Origin: Clostridia bacterium
GTDB lineage: Bacteria > Bacillota > Clostridia > Oscillospirales > CAG-272
Length of the DNA: 56,957 nt
Reading direction: 5' to 3'
Assembly: GCA_017938885.1 (NCBI GenBank)
Contig: JAGBAS010000066.1
Coordinates: forward strand, 1 to 56,957
Both the position numbers and the translations under genes were made by a program. Below are positions 46,505 to 55,842 of this stretch, in pieces. Positions within the stretch are counted from its first letter, which is position 1. Each line of letters starts with the position of its first letter. Under the pieces are notes generated by a model that did not search any database, was not told the DNA's origin, and saw only the letters and a list, made by a program, of their open reading frames with translations.

Positions 46505-47806
46505 GTGATCTTCATGGCCTCATTCGATACCCGTAATCGTACAGCTCCCATCCGCACGGCCGAAATACTCTGCGTGGGGACCGAGCTTTTGTTGGGTGAT
46601 ATCGTCAATACCAACGCCGCGTTTCTTTCCAAGGGGCTGGCTTCCCTGGGAATCGCGGTCTACCACCAGGCCGTGGTCGGAGACAGTTCCGAGCGGCTTC
46701 GCGTGGCTCTTGCGGATGCATTTGAAGGGCACGGGCGGCCTGCCGCCGATCTGGTGATCCTCAGCGGCGGCTTGGGACCGACCTACGACGACCTGACCAA
46801 GGAGACCGTTGCCGCCTATTTCGGGCGAGCTATGGAGCTCCACGAGGAATCCCTCGCCCGTATCCGTGATTTCTTTACCCGCACGGGTCGGGTCATGACC
46901 CCGAACAACGAAAAGCAAGCCATGATGCCCGAGGGCTGTGTGGTCTTTCCCAATGACTACGGTACCGCCCCCGCCTTGGCCATCGGCGACGGGACCCGCA
47001 CGGCGATCCTGCTTCCGGGACCTCCCGCCGAGCTGATCCCGCTCTTCAACGAGCAGGCGGTCCCCTTCCTGCGCCGCTTTACTGAAGGGATCCTCATCAG
47101 CCGCAATATCCATATCATGGGACTGGGCGAATCTACCGTGGAAGCCATGCTGCACGATCTCATGGTTTCCTCCGAGAATCCCACGGTCGCGCCCTACTGC
47201 AAATCCGGCGAGGTGCGCCTGCGCATCACCGCCCGCGCCGCTGACGAGAGCTCTGCGCGGGAGCTGTGCGACGGGCTCGTCTCACAGATCCTTCAGGATC
47301 CCCGCCTCGCTCCCTATATCTACGGGGTGGATTGCGACAACATTGAGACGGCTCTGGTACGGCTCTTGACCGATCGGGGAATGACGCTGGCTACTGCCGA
47401 ATCCTGCACGGGCGGAATGCTGGGACAGCGGCTCACCGCGATCCCCGGCGCATCGGCCGTCTATACGGGAGGTTTCATTACCTATACGAACGAACAAAAG
47501 ATCGTGCTTCTGGGCGTTGATCCCTCTACCATCTCAGCGCATACCGAGGTATCCGCCGAAGCCGCCGCCGAAATGGCGCAGGGAGCTCGCACCCGGCTGG
47601 GAACGGACATCGGCCTCTCTACCACGGGCTATGCCGGCCCCGGGGGCGGCACAGACGTAAATCCCGTCGGTACGGTCTATATCGGGATCGCCACAAAAGA
47701 CAATGTCGTCACCCACCGCCTGTACTTCCCCAACAAATCCCGCGATTACGTCCGCGAAGCCGCCGCTTCCCGCGTTCTGAGGGAGGCTGTCCACGCCGTG
47801 CTGTGA
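46505..47806 (+). CDS. cinA: competence/damage-inducible protein A (MoCF-biosynthesis-like + NMN deamidase domains)
   Basis: VGTELLLG, GGLGPTYDDLT, LPGPP, TAESCTGG, TGYAGPGG; start may be ATG 46514. Confidence 0.93.
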   Translation: MIFMASFDTRNRTAPIRTAEILCVGTELLLGDIVNTNAAFLSKGLASLGIAVYHQAVVGDSSERLRVALADAFEGHGRPAADLVILSGGLGPTYDDLTKETVAAYFGRAMELHEESLARIRDFFTRTGRVMTPNNEKQAMMPEGCVVFPNDYGTAPALAIGDGTRTAILLPGPPAELIPLFNEQAVPFLRRFTEGILISRNIHIMGLGESTVEAMLHDLMVSSENPTVAPYCKSGEVRLRITARAADESSARELCDGLVSQILQDPRLAPYIYGVDCDNIETALVRLLTDRGMTLATAESCTGGMLGQRLTAIPGASAVYTGGFITYTNEQKIVLLGVDPSTISAHTEVSAEAAAEMAQGARTRLGTDIGLSTTGYAGPGGGTDVNPVGTVYIGIATKDNVVTHRLYFPNKSRDYVREAAASRVLREAVHAVL

Positions 47807-47909
47807 TCCACGTTCTGCGTCTTTCGTTTTTTCACCAAACTAAAATTTTAAAAATACTATAACAAAAAGAACGCTATCCCGTTCGGAAACGGATAGCAGG
47901 AGGTTTTTC

Positions 47910-49025
47910 ATGGCAAATTTCAGAAGAATCGGTATCCTTTCCTCGGGCGGCGATGCCCCCGGTATGAACGCGGCCATCCGCGCTGCTACCCGCCGCGCTC
48001 TCAGCCAAGGTCTGGAGGTCGTAGGTATTCTGGGCGGTTATTCCGGCCTTCTCAGCGCGGCTGACGAGCCGGATCCCGAGATCGTTCGCCAAAAGTATCT
48101 GCGTCCCTTCAACTCCGCCAGTGTATCCAACATCGTGACCCGAGGCGGCACCATCCTCTATTCCAGCCGCTGTCCCGAGTTCGCCACGCCCGCCGGAATG
48201 GACAAGGCTCTCCGCGCCTGCGAGAAATACCAGATCGACGCGGTCATCGCCATCGGCGGTGACGGTACCTTCCGCGGTGCCACCGATCTGACCAACCACG
48301 GCATTCCCTCCATCGGCATCCCCGCCACCATTGATAACGATATCTCTGCCACCGAGCAGACCATCGGCTTCGATACTGCGCTGAATACCGCGCTGGGGCT
48401 CTTCGATGCTCTCCGCGATACCGCAGAGTCCCACGCCCGTTGCATCGTCACCGAGGTCATGGGCAACAAGTGCGGCTTCCTGTCCCTGTACCTGGCCCTG
48501 GCTACGGGTGCTATTTCGGTAGCCATTCCCGAGGTGTCCTTCGACCGCGAGTACGCCATCAAGAAGATCCGCGAGGCCAGAGAGGTCAACGGCAAGCGGG
48601 GCATCATCGCCATTTGCAGCGAGGGTATGCCCAAGGTAGGCGGCAAGAATTACGGCGAGGATTTCAAGGATGAGATCATCCGGGAGACCGGCATCGACAC
48701 CCGCTTCACCAATCTGGGTCACACCATCCGTGGCGGTAACCCCACCCTGCGCGACCGTCTGACCGCTACCCAGATGGGTGTGGAAGCCGTCAACCATCTG
48801 CTGGAGAACAAAAGCAATCTGGTCATGTGCGTCCACGAGAACCGCATTACCTCCTGCGACATCAATTATGCGCTGACTTTGGATCATATGTACAAGGACA
48901 ACATCCAGGACGGTGAGTTGGATCGCTTTACGGGCTTTGAGATCGCTCAGATGAAGGCTCATTGTTTCGCCAGACGTGCCAAGGTCGAACGTCTGTATCA
49001 CATGGCTTACGACATTTGTATGTAA
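47910..49025 (+). CDS. pfkA: 6-phosphofructokinase (PfkA family, divergent)
   Basis: SGGDAPGMNAAIR, IGGDGT, TIDND, GFDTA, LGH..RGG. Confidence 0.88.
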   Translation: MANFRRIGILSSGGDAPGMNAAIRAATRRALSQGLEVVGILGGYSGLLSAADEPDPEIVRQKYLRPFNSASVSNIVTRGGTILYSSRCPEFATPAGMDKALRACEKYQIDAVIAIGGDGTFRGATDLTNHGIPSIGIPATIDNDISATEQTIGFDTALNTALGLFDALRDTAESHARCIVTEVMGNKCGFLSLYLALATGAISVAIPEVSFDREYAIKKIREAREVNGKRGIIAICSEGMPKVGGKNYGEDFKDEIIRETGIDTRFTNLGHTIRGGNPTLRDRLTATQMGVEAVNHLLENKSNLVMCVHENRITSCDINYALTLDHMYKDNIQDGELDRFTGFEIAQMKAHCFARRAKVERLYHMAYDICM

Positions 49026-49167
49026 AAACGAAAAAAATTTACAACTCCCGAGGCTTTTTTCCCTGCGGGAGTTCTTTTCTGCTCTTGCTTTTTTTTGAAA
49101 TATATGGTATAATTAAAGGGCATGGCCATATTCAAATGGCATAAATACTTTATGAGGAGGTTTTTTC

Positions 49168-50664
49168 ATGACGAAAAAATTACTTTGCGTGTTCCTGGCT
49201 GCCTTTATGCTGGTCGGCACGCTCGCTTCCTGCGGCACAGGCGATCAGGGTACTGAGACCACCACCGCCGGAAACAACGGCGACAGCAACGTCGAGAGCG
49301 ATACCCGCGAGACTCTGGATATTCCCGACACCCGTTTCGACGGGGAAGAAATCTGTTTTTTGACACGAGATGAATCTGAGTGGTCCACCCTGGAGATCTT
49401 CGCTGAGAATCAGACCTCTGAATCCGACAATATCAGCAACGCTGTGTTTGAGCGGAATGACCGTATCCTCCAGGCCTACGGTGTCACCATTACGGAGCTT
49501 AAGAAAGTCACCACCGAACATCACGGTGCTCTGACCAACGAGGTCTCTGCTCCTACGGGTGACTTCCAGGCTGTTGTCACCAACACATCGAACTCCGCTT
49601 CCTTTGCCACCAACGGTTTCCTCTGGAATCTGAATTCCGACGAGGTAGAATTCATGGATTTCACCAAGCCCTGGTGGGATATCAACATGGCTGAGGGTAT
49701 GTCCATCGATGACCGTCTGTACTTCGCGACCGGCGATCTGCTGACCTCCGACAACGACGCTACCTTCGTCATTCTCTTCAACAAGAAGATCGTGGTGGAC
49801 TGCCAGATCCCCGACCTCTATTCTCTGGTCTCCAACAATCAGTGGACCATGGATAAGTTCTACGAGTTCGAGCAGCTCGCCGTCCAGGATAAGAACGGCG
49901 ACGGTAAGCTCACCTACGATTCCGACGTGTGCGGCTTTGCCTACACCGGAGACGTTCCCTACTGTATGCTCTTCGGCGGCGGTATCACCATGTGTACCAA
50001 GGATTCGGATGACATCCCCGTGTACGAGCTGAACGTGGAGCTGGCCCAGAACATCGCCGACAAGGGCAAGCTCATCTTCTCCAAGGATCACACCGTCGAT
50101 CTTAACGCCGCCGTCAATGCAGGCGGTATCACCATGTACGAGGTTGGCCAGAAGGCCTTCGGTGAGAACCACGCCCTGTTCATGGGTGAGGTCATGCAGT
50201 GCGTTACCCGTCTGCGCGGCTTTGAGGCTGATTTCGGTATCCTTCCCTACCCCATGTACAACGAGCAGCAGGGCTCCTACTATTCCATGATGCACCTGAC
50301 TGCCTCCTGCGTATCCATCCCCAAGAGCATCAGCGGTGACGACCTGGCCATGGTCAACTCCATGATCGAGGCGATGGCTTACCACTCCATGGATACACTG
50401 ACCGAGCAGTACTACGAGATCAACCTGAAGACCAAGGGTGCCAAAGATGAGCAGTCCGGCCCCATGATCGACATGATCCTCTCCAGCCGTGTTTGCGACC
50501 TGTCCTACTACTATCAGTGGGGTTCCAACGCTTTCGGTTCTCTGGCTTCTTGCCTGTTGCCCGGCAGTAATAAGGGTATTGCCTCCCAGACCAAGCGTTT
50601 CCAGTCCTCCATTGAGAGAAGCATCGCTCAGCTCCAGAGGGCTATGGACAAGTTCGATCAGTAA
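49168..50664 (+). CDS. extracellular solute-binding lipoprotein
   Basis: lipobox LASC, AVFERN, KPWWD, WTMD, DKNGDG loop, FGILPYP. Confidence 0.82.
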   Translation: MTKKLLCVFLAAFMLVGTLASCGTGDQGTETTTAGNNGDSNVESDTRETLDIPDTRFDGEEICFLTRDESEWSTLEIFAENQTSESDNISNAVFERNDRILQAYGVTITELKKVTTEHHGALTNEVSAPTGDFQAVVTNTSNSASFATNGFLWNLNSDEVEFMDFTKPWWDINMAEGMSIDDRLYFATGDLLTSDNDATFVILFNKKIVVDCQIPDLYSLVSNNQWTMDKFYEFEQLAVQDKNGDGKLTYDSDVCGFAYTGDVPYCMLFGGGITMCTKDSDDIPVYELNVELAQNIADKGKLIFSKDHTVDLNAAVNAGGITMYEVGQKAFGENHALFMGEVMQCVTRLRGFEADFGILPYPMYNEQQGSYYSMMHLTASCVSIPKSISGDDLAMVNSMIEAMAYHSMDTLTEQYYEINLKTKGAKDEQSGPMIDMILSSRVCDLSYYYQWGSNAFGSLASCLLPGSNKGIASQTKRFQSSIERSIAQLQRAMDKFDQ

Positions 50665-50766
50665 TCCCCCTACATTTCCCCGTCTCCCTAAGGCGGGGTT
50701 TTTGGATGGTTTGAAGCTCTTCGAAGCACATCCTTATATAAAATATTCTATGTGGAGGTCGATTTC

Positions 50767-52263
50767 ATGAAAAAATTCCTTTGTATGCTTTTGGCCGCTC
50801 TGATGTTGATCGGTACGATGACCGCCTGCGGAACGGGCGAGTCCGGCATCGAATCCACCGGTCCCGATTCAGGCGCGGCAACCGATCCCGAGGCCGACAC
50901 CCGCGAAACCCTGGATATTCCCGACACCCGTTACGACGATACCGAGCTGTGCTTCCTCACCCGCGACGGCGAGGATCAGTTTTCCTGGGCCACCATCGAG
51001 GTCTTTGCCGAGAACCAAACCTCGGAATCCGACAACATCAGCAATGCGGTATTTGAGCGCAACGACCGCATTTTCCAGGATTACGGCGTGACCATCACTG
51101 AGATCCGCAAGATCGCCAATGAACATCACACCACTGTCAGCAATGAGGTTGCGGCACCTACGGGAGATTTTCTGGCCATCACCACCGATGTCGGCAACGC
51201 CACTACCTTCTCCTCCAACGGGTTTCTGTGGGATCTGAATTCCTTTGAGATAGAGTACATGGACTTTACCAAGCCCTGGTGGGACGTCAATATGGCTGAG
51301 GGTATGTCCATCGACAATCGTCTCTTCTTTGCTACAGGTGACATCATGACCCTGGATAACGACGCGACCTTCATCGTCGTTTTCAACAAGCAGATCGTGG
51401 TGGACTGCGGCCTACCCGATATGTATACCCTGGTAGAAAACGGTGAGTGGACGCTCGACAAATTCTATGAGTTTGAGCAGGTGGCCGTGCAGGACAAGAA
51501 CGGCGACGGTAAGCTCTCCTTTGACACCGACGTCTGTGGCTACGCCTACACCCAGGACGTTCCTTACTGCGTGCTCTTTGGCGGCGGTATCACCCTCTGC
51601 AAGAAGGATGCAGATGATTATCCCATCTACAACTTTGACGTAGATCGCGCCCAGAGCATCGCCGACATCGGAAAGCTCATCTTCGCCAATGATCTCGCCA
51701 TCAACATGAGCGCAATTGCTCTGAGCACAGGCCCCGACATGGTGACCCTAAACCAGACCACCTTTGGCGAGAATCACGCCCTGTACATGAGTGAGGTCAT
51801 GCAATGTGTGACCCGACTGCGCGGCTTTACAGCGGATTTCGGCATCCTGCCCTTCCCCAAGTATAATGCCAGCCAGCCGGATTATTGCAGCATGATGCAC
51901 CCCACCGCCTCCTGCGTTGCCATTCCCCGCAGCGTGAACGGTAACGATCTGGTCATGGTCAACTCCATGATGGAGGCCATGGCTTACCACTCCGTGGATA
52001 CCCTGACCGAGCAGTACTACGAGATCAACCTGAAGACCAAGGGAGCACGCGATGAGCAGTCCGGCCCCATGATCGACAAGATTCTCTCCTCTCGCGTGTG
52101 CGATCTGGCCTACTACTATGGCTGGGGCGGTGCGTTTGGCTCTTTGGCAGGTTGCCTGCTTCCCAACAGCAATACGGCGGTCTCCTCCCAGAGCAGAAGC
52201 TTCAAGAATAGCATCGGGCGAAGCATCGAGAAGCTTATGAAGTCTCTCAACGAGCTTGACTGA
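50767..52263 (+). CDS. tandem paralog solute-binding lipoprotein
   Basis: lipobox MTAC; identical peptides ENQTSESDNISNAVFERNDRI and DTLTEQYYEINLKTKGA shared with the upstream gene. Confidence 0.82.
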   Translation: MKKFLCMLLAALMLIGTMTACGTGESGIESTGPDSGAATDPEADTRETLDIPDTRYDDTELCFLTRDGEDQFSWATIEVFAENQTSESDNISNAVFERNDRIFQDYGVTITEIRKIANEHHTTVSNEVAAPTGDFLAITTDVGNATTFSSNGFLWDLNSFEIEYMDFTKPWWDVNMAEGMSIDNRLFFATGDIMTLDNDATFIVVFNKQIVVDCGLPDMYTLVENGEWTLDKFYEFEQVAVQDKNGDGKLSFDTDVCGYAYTQDVPYCVLFGGGITLCKKDADDYPIYNFDVDRAQSIADIGKLIFANDLAINMSAIALSTGPDMVTLNQTTFGENHALYMSEVMQCVTRLRGFTADFGILPFPKYNASQPDYCSMMHPTASCVAIPRSVNGNDLVMVNSMMEAMAYHSVDTLTEQYYEINLKTKGARDEQSGPMIDKILSSRVCDLAYYYGWGGAFGSLAGCLLPNSNTAVSSQSRSFKNSIGRSIEKLMKSLNELD

Positions 52264-52410
52264 CCATACGATCCCACCTCTCCCCCTCTCCGCCGAGGAG
52301 GGGGGGAGTTCTCTTTGAAAAACGGAATGCATTCTCTGTTGTCTTCGGTGATGAACGGAAATAACCGTGCAAAAATTCCGATTTTTCTTCAAAATTCTTT
52401 CAAAAACCTC

Positions 52411-52439
52411 TTGACAAACCGAATCGGATATGGTATAAT
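52411..52439 (+). promoter_or_regulatory. strong sigma-A promoter of tRNA-Glu
   Basis: TTGACA-17 bp-TATAAT with extended TG and an AT-rich upstream region. Confidence 0.85.
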
Positions 52440-52457
52440 AATCAAGTCGCAAGGCAA

Positions 52458-52532
52458 GGCCCGTTGGTCAAGCGGTCAAGACGCTAGCCTCTCACGCTGG
52501 AAACATGGGTTCGATTCCCGTACGGGTCACCA
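52458..52532 (+). tRNA. tRNA-Glu (anticodon CTC)
   Basis: acceptor GGCCCGT/ACGGGTC, anticodon arm CTAGC-CTCTCAC-GCTGG, GGTTCGATTCC T-arm, encoded CCA. Confidence 0.96.
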
Positions 52533-52535
52533 CTC

Positions 52536-52572
52536 ACAACCTAAATCGAATGATTCGGTTTAGGTTGTTTTT
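52536..52572 (+). terminator. terminator hairpin after the tRNA
   Basis: ACAACCTAAATCGAA-TGA-TTCGGTTTAGGTTGT followed by Ts. Confidence 0.8.
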
Positions 52573-52592
52573 CTTTTTGTCTCAATGCGTTT

Positions 52593-52976
52593 TCAGATGG
52601 TGATCGTAAGCCGTATATTCTTCCGTCTCAGCTCATAGGAGTTCTGAATATGCGCCGGTATGGTCGTTTCCCTGTCACAACCAGAAAGGCCCTGACTTGC
52701 GTCAGGACCCGTCTGTAAGGGGCTATTGAAGTAGATGTGTTATTTATAGTAGTATGTACGCTCGCCCTGCTTGGTCTTACCACATTCGCCACTCATATTC
52801 TCGCCGCAGTAGCCGCACTTCATTTTTTGACGGAGTAGGTAGACCTCTGCGTTACTGTGCTTTCCTATTTTGTTGCATGACACCTTGGCTCGGACTTTGG
52901 CGAAGATCTCCGGATCCACAATGGGCGGATAGATCTTATCCACCACCTCGTCACCGTGCATATAAGTCCCCGAGTA
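52593..52976 (-). pseudogene. remnant of a large serine recombinase (recombinase/zinc-ribbon part fused to the C-terminal tail)
   Basis: YSGTY..YPPIVDPEIFAKV..YLLRQKMKCGYCGENMSG..YYYK, a stop codon, then in-frame HIYFNSPLQTGPDASQG; catalytic domain absent. Confidence 0.8.
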
Positions 52977-53465
52977 GCATACCGAAATGTGATTGTCAAC
53001 TTACGGAACTGGCCGATTTTAATGATCTACTGGACAGATTTCACACGAAGACTGACGGGCATGATACGCGGGCTGACGATCTCACCCGGCGGTGCTCCAA
53101 CAAACGTCCAAAAATGAAATCTATCCAAAAAGCCGCCGAGCGTGATCGCGGATGTACGCCCAAGCGGCTCAGCGGGCGACTCCGCGACCGCTCGGCTTTG
53201 GATTTTTCTTTTTCGTTTGTTTGCGGTGCGGGCGTGTGCTTGTCTCGGCGAGCGCAGCGAGCCGACTTGTATAAGACAAGCACACGTCACGGTGCCAAAG
53301 GGCCAGATAGGATACCTCGATTGTTTGATATAACTTGCAAATTGTTCAAATAATTCAACCGTCAGTTAAAATCATGTTGCCTATGCTTCGCTTGCATTTC
53401 TTGGATTATGTGCTATAATAGAATCAGAAACGGGCCTGTTTACTTAACAAACAAGGAGAATCATT

Positions 53466-54533
53466 ATGGAACTGAATATTGGAATGAATATCAAACGCCT
53501 GCGCCTTGCCAGAGGGATGACACAGGAGCAGCTTGCAGAGCTTTTGACGATCTCAACGGCGGCGATAAGCAAATGGGAGGCTAAAAACACATACCCCGAT
53601 ATTACGATGCTGTTTCCTCTTGCAGAGATATTCGGCGTTACCATTGACGAGCTTTTGGGATATGACGAAGCAAAAGCCAAGGCAGATGTAGACAAAATTC
53701 TTGCTGAATATCAGCGGTTGTACGTAGATGGAAGATTCAGCGAAGGCAAGGAACTAATCGTTAATGCACGAAAGAAATATCCCCACGACTACCGCATTAT
53801 GAACACGTATATGTGGAATTTAGCAGGAGGAAGTGCAGGAAACGACCCTAAAATCTTGCTCAAGAACAAGGACGAAATAACACAGCTATGCGATTGCATT
53901 TTGGAAGGCTGTAAAGAGGAAGACCTTCGTGTCGAGGCGATCCATATGAAAGCAAAGCTTCTTCACGCGTCGGGTAATACCGAAGCGGCTCTTGAAATTC
54001 TTTCTAGGCTCCCTTCTTGGTATGCGCCAATCGTTAAAGAATGTCTTTTCGGCAAGGATACCGCCGAATTTCGGTATTGGAACAAAAAGAATTGTTTCGG
54101 TCTTATGGACGTACTGGCTGTCAAGCTCGCGCGGATCATTCGTTTTGATCCCTCGCTTTCTGTTGCGGAGAAGATCGAACGCATCGAATCAATGGCAGAA
54201 GCTTTTGGGGAAATGAGCAAACGGAAAGATCTTGAATTTTTCTGTATCGGAGAGAAAACCCTATATGAGACCTTTGTAGGCATGCTTACAGCGGACAACG
54301 CCCCCATCGAAGACGTGATCCGCATCAGAGAAAAACAATTTGCCGCCGTGGAGCGAGTAATGGCTTTCGCCGAAAACGACGATGTTCATAAAGAGCAAAT
54401 CAGGACTACCTATAAAACCGATGACCTAATTTCCTGGCACTTGAACCGTTTGCTGTATTCACCACATCCTCAATTTGCGAAGCTGAGAAAAAATCCGAAG
54501 TATATGGAAATGCTGAATAAGTGGGCAAGATAA
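53466..54533 (+). CDS. XRE-family HTH regulator with helical (TPR-like) C-terminal domain
   Basis: IKRLRLARGMTQEQLAELLTISTAAISKWE..YPDITML..IFGVTIDELLG; AAGGAG RBS. Confidence 0.85.
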   Translation: MELNIGMNIKRLRLARGMTQEQLAELLTISTAAISKWEAKNTYPDITMLFPLAEIFGVTIDELLGYDEAKAKADVDKILAEYQRLYVDGRFSEGKELIVNARKKYPHDYRIMNTYMWNLAGGSAGNDPKILLKNKDEITQLCDCILEGCKEEDLRVEAIHMKAKLLHASGNTEAALEILSRLPSWYAPIVKECLFGKDTAEFRYWNKKNCFGLMDVLAVKLARIIRFDPSLSVAEKIERIESMAEAFGEMSKRKDLEFFCIGEKTLYETFVGMLTADNAPIEDVIRIREKQFAAVERVMAFAENDDVHKEQIRTTYKTDDLISWHLNRLLYSPHPQFAKLRKNPKYMEMLNKWAR

Positions 54534-54597
54534 ACGAATGCCGCCGAGAGCGACCAATTACGGTTACTCTCGGCGGTTCTGTTATTTATGAGTTGAA

Positions 54598-55236
54598 TCA
54601 GCCTTGCATGACCACATACCGCAGGTACTTCTTCTGTATGCTCTTTCTGCGACGCCAAACAGTCGTATTATTGACATTCTGCATCTGTGCAATGGCTACG
54701 AAACCAAGTCCGGCCATGTAGTAATTCAAGGTTTCTTCTTCAGCAATGGTCAAACGCATTTGATGGATGATGGTATCGACCTTGGTGTAGTCCTCGATCT
54801 CATACTGGGTCTCGAAGTCAATCGAAGCATCGGCGGGTGAGCATTCTTCAATACTGATTGTCTTATAACCGGAAAGATACTCCTTTTCGATATACCGCAG
54901 GGCGTGTCTGTAGCAAGCAAAGCGGACAGTCAGCAGTTCACCTTTACGGTTCTGACAGGCAAGGTCGTCCAGATTGTGTCCGATGTTGTGGCAGAGTAAG
55001 CAGATCACCTCGGATGCAAGATCGTAACCGTCCGAGAAGGTCGTGCCGTAGCCGTAGTTGCCGTAGATATCCTCGACCAATCCGGCATACAGCTTGTCCA
55101 GAGACCGCGGATGGTGTGCAAATCGCATCATTTTCTTGATGGCAGACAGCGCGATGCACTCACCGATATGCTGGACGTTTTCAGCGGTGATCCTGACGTT
55201 TTCGTTGGTGATTCTTACTTGGTTTTGGGTTTTCAT
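54598..55236 (-). CDS. sigma-70 region 4/LuxR-like HTH protein
   Basis: C-terminal LTIAEEETLNYYMAGLGFVAIAQMQNVNNTTVWRRRKSIQKKY; GGAGGT RBS. Confidence 0.65.
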   Translation of the reverse strand: MKTQNQVRITNENVRITAENVQHIGECIALSAIKKMMRFAHHPRSLDKLYAGLVEDIYGNYGYGTTFSDGYDLASEVICLLCHNIGHNLDDLACQNRKGELLTVRFACYRHALRYIEKEYLSGYKTISIEECSPADASIDFETQYEIEDYTKVDTIIHQMRLTIAEEETLNYYMAGLGFVAIAQMQNVNNTTVWRRRKSIQKKYLRYVVMQG

Positions 55237-55692
55237 TTTCTATACCTCCCGATTTTCTGAACAGCTTCGCTGTTCGCAGGCCATTTCGGCAGGGTCGGGG
55301 GAGCATAGGTCGGGAGGGATTCGGGCTCATTCCGAGTGAGGTGTGCAGATGTCAACGAGAGGTATAGATTGCTTTCAGTACACGAAAAAATATTGCGTGG
55401 GGATAAAGAAAAAGCCAAGTATTGCTACTTGACTTTCTCGGTTGTATTTCATTTTTGGGTTATATTTTTTCGCGTTGACAGCTGCGAGAGCTATGCTACA
55501 CTGGACCAGGACGAAAGGCAAAAATCGGGAAGTAAAAATATGTGCATTTAATATTTTCCGCAGAGTGATAGAACACCTTTAAATATTAAGGGATTTAGTA
55601 AAGCGAATAAGGCCGCCTCCGCAAGGGGGCGGCTGATGAGCAACAGCCTATGAGGCATAATGACGAAATAATGAGGCACCCTGCTTGGAGGC

Positions 55693-55721
55693 TTGACATA
55701 ATATAACGTATATGGTATAAT
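55693..55721 (+). promoter_or_regulatory. sigma-A promoter of the Rhs-type gene
   Basis: TTGACA-17 bp-TATAAT with extended TG. Confidence 0.8.
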
Positions 55722-55842
55722 ATGGATAAGTGAATGGGTATCTGTTCACTTCACGAAATATACGAGAGGAGGGAGAGTCCAATGGCTCATTTAACTGTTT
55801 CGTTGCAGATTACAAACCGTGACAACATAAAGGAAATCTCAT

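Noticed and set aside
55605-55672. Hammerhead-like CTGATGAG...CGAAA next to a hairpin
   Set aside because: Stem III and the UH cleavage site cannot be formed, and stem II is weak
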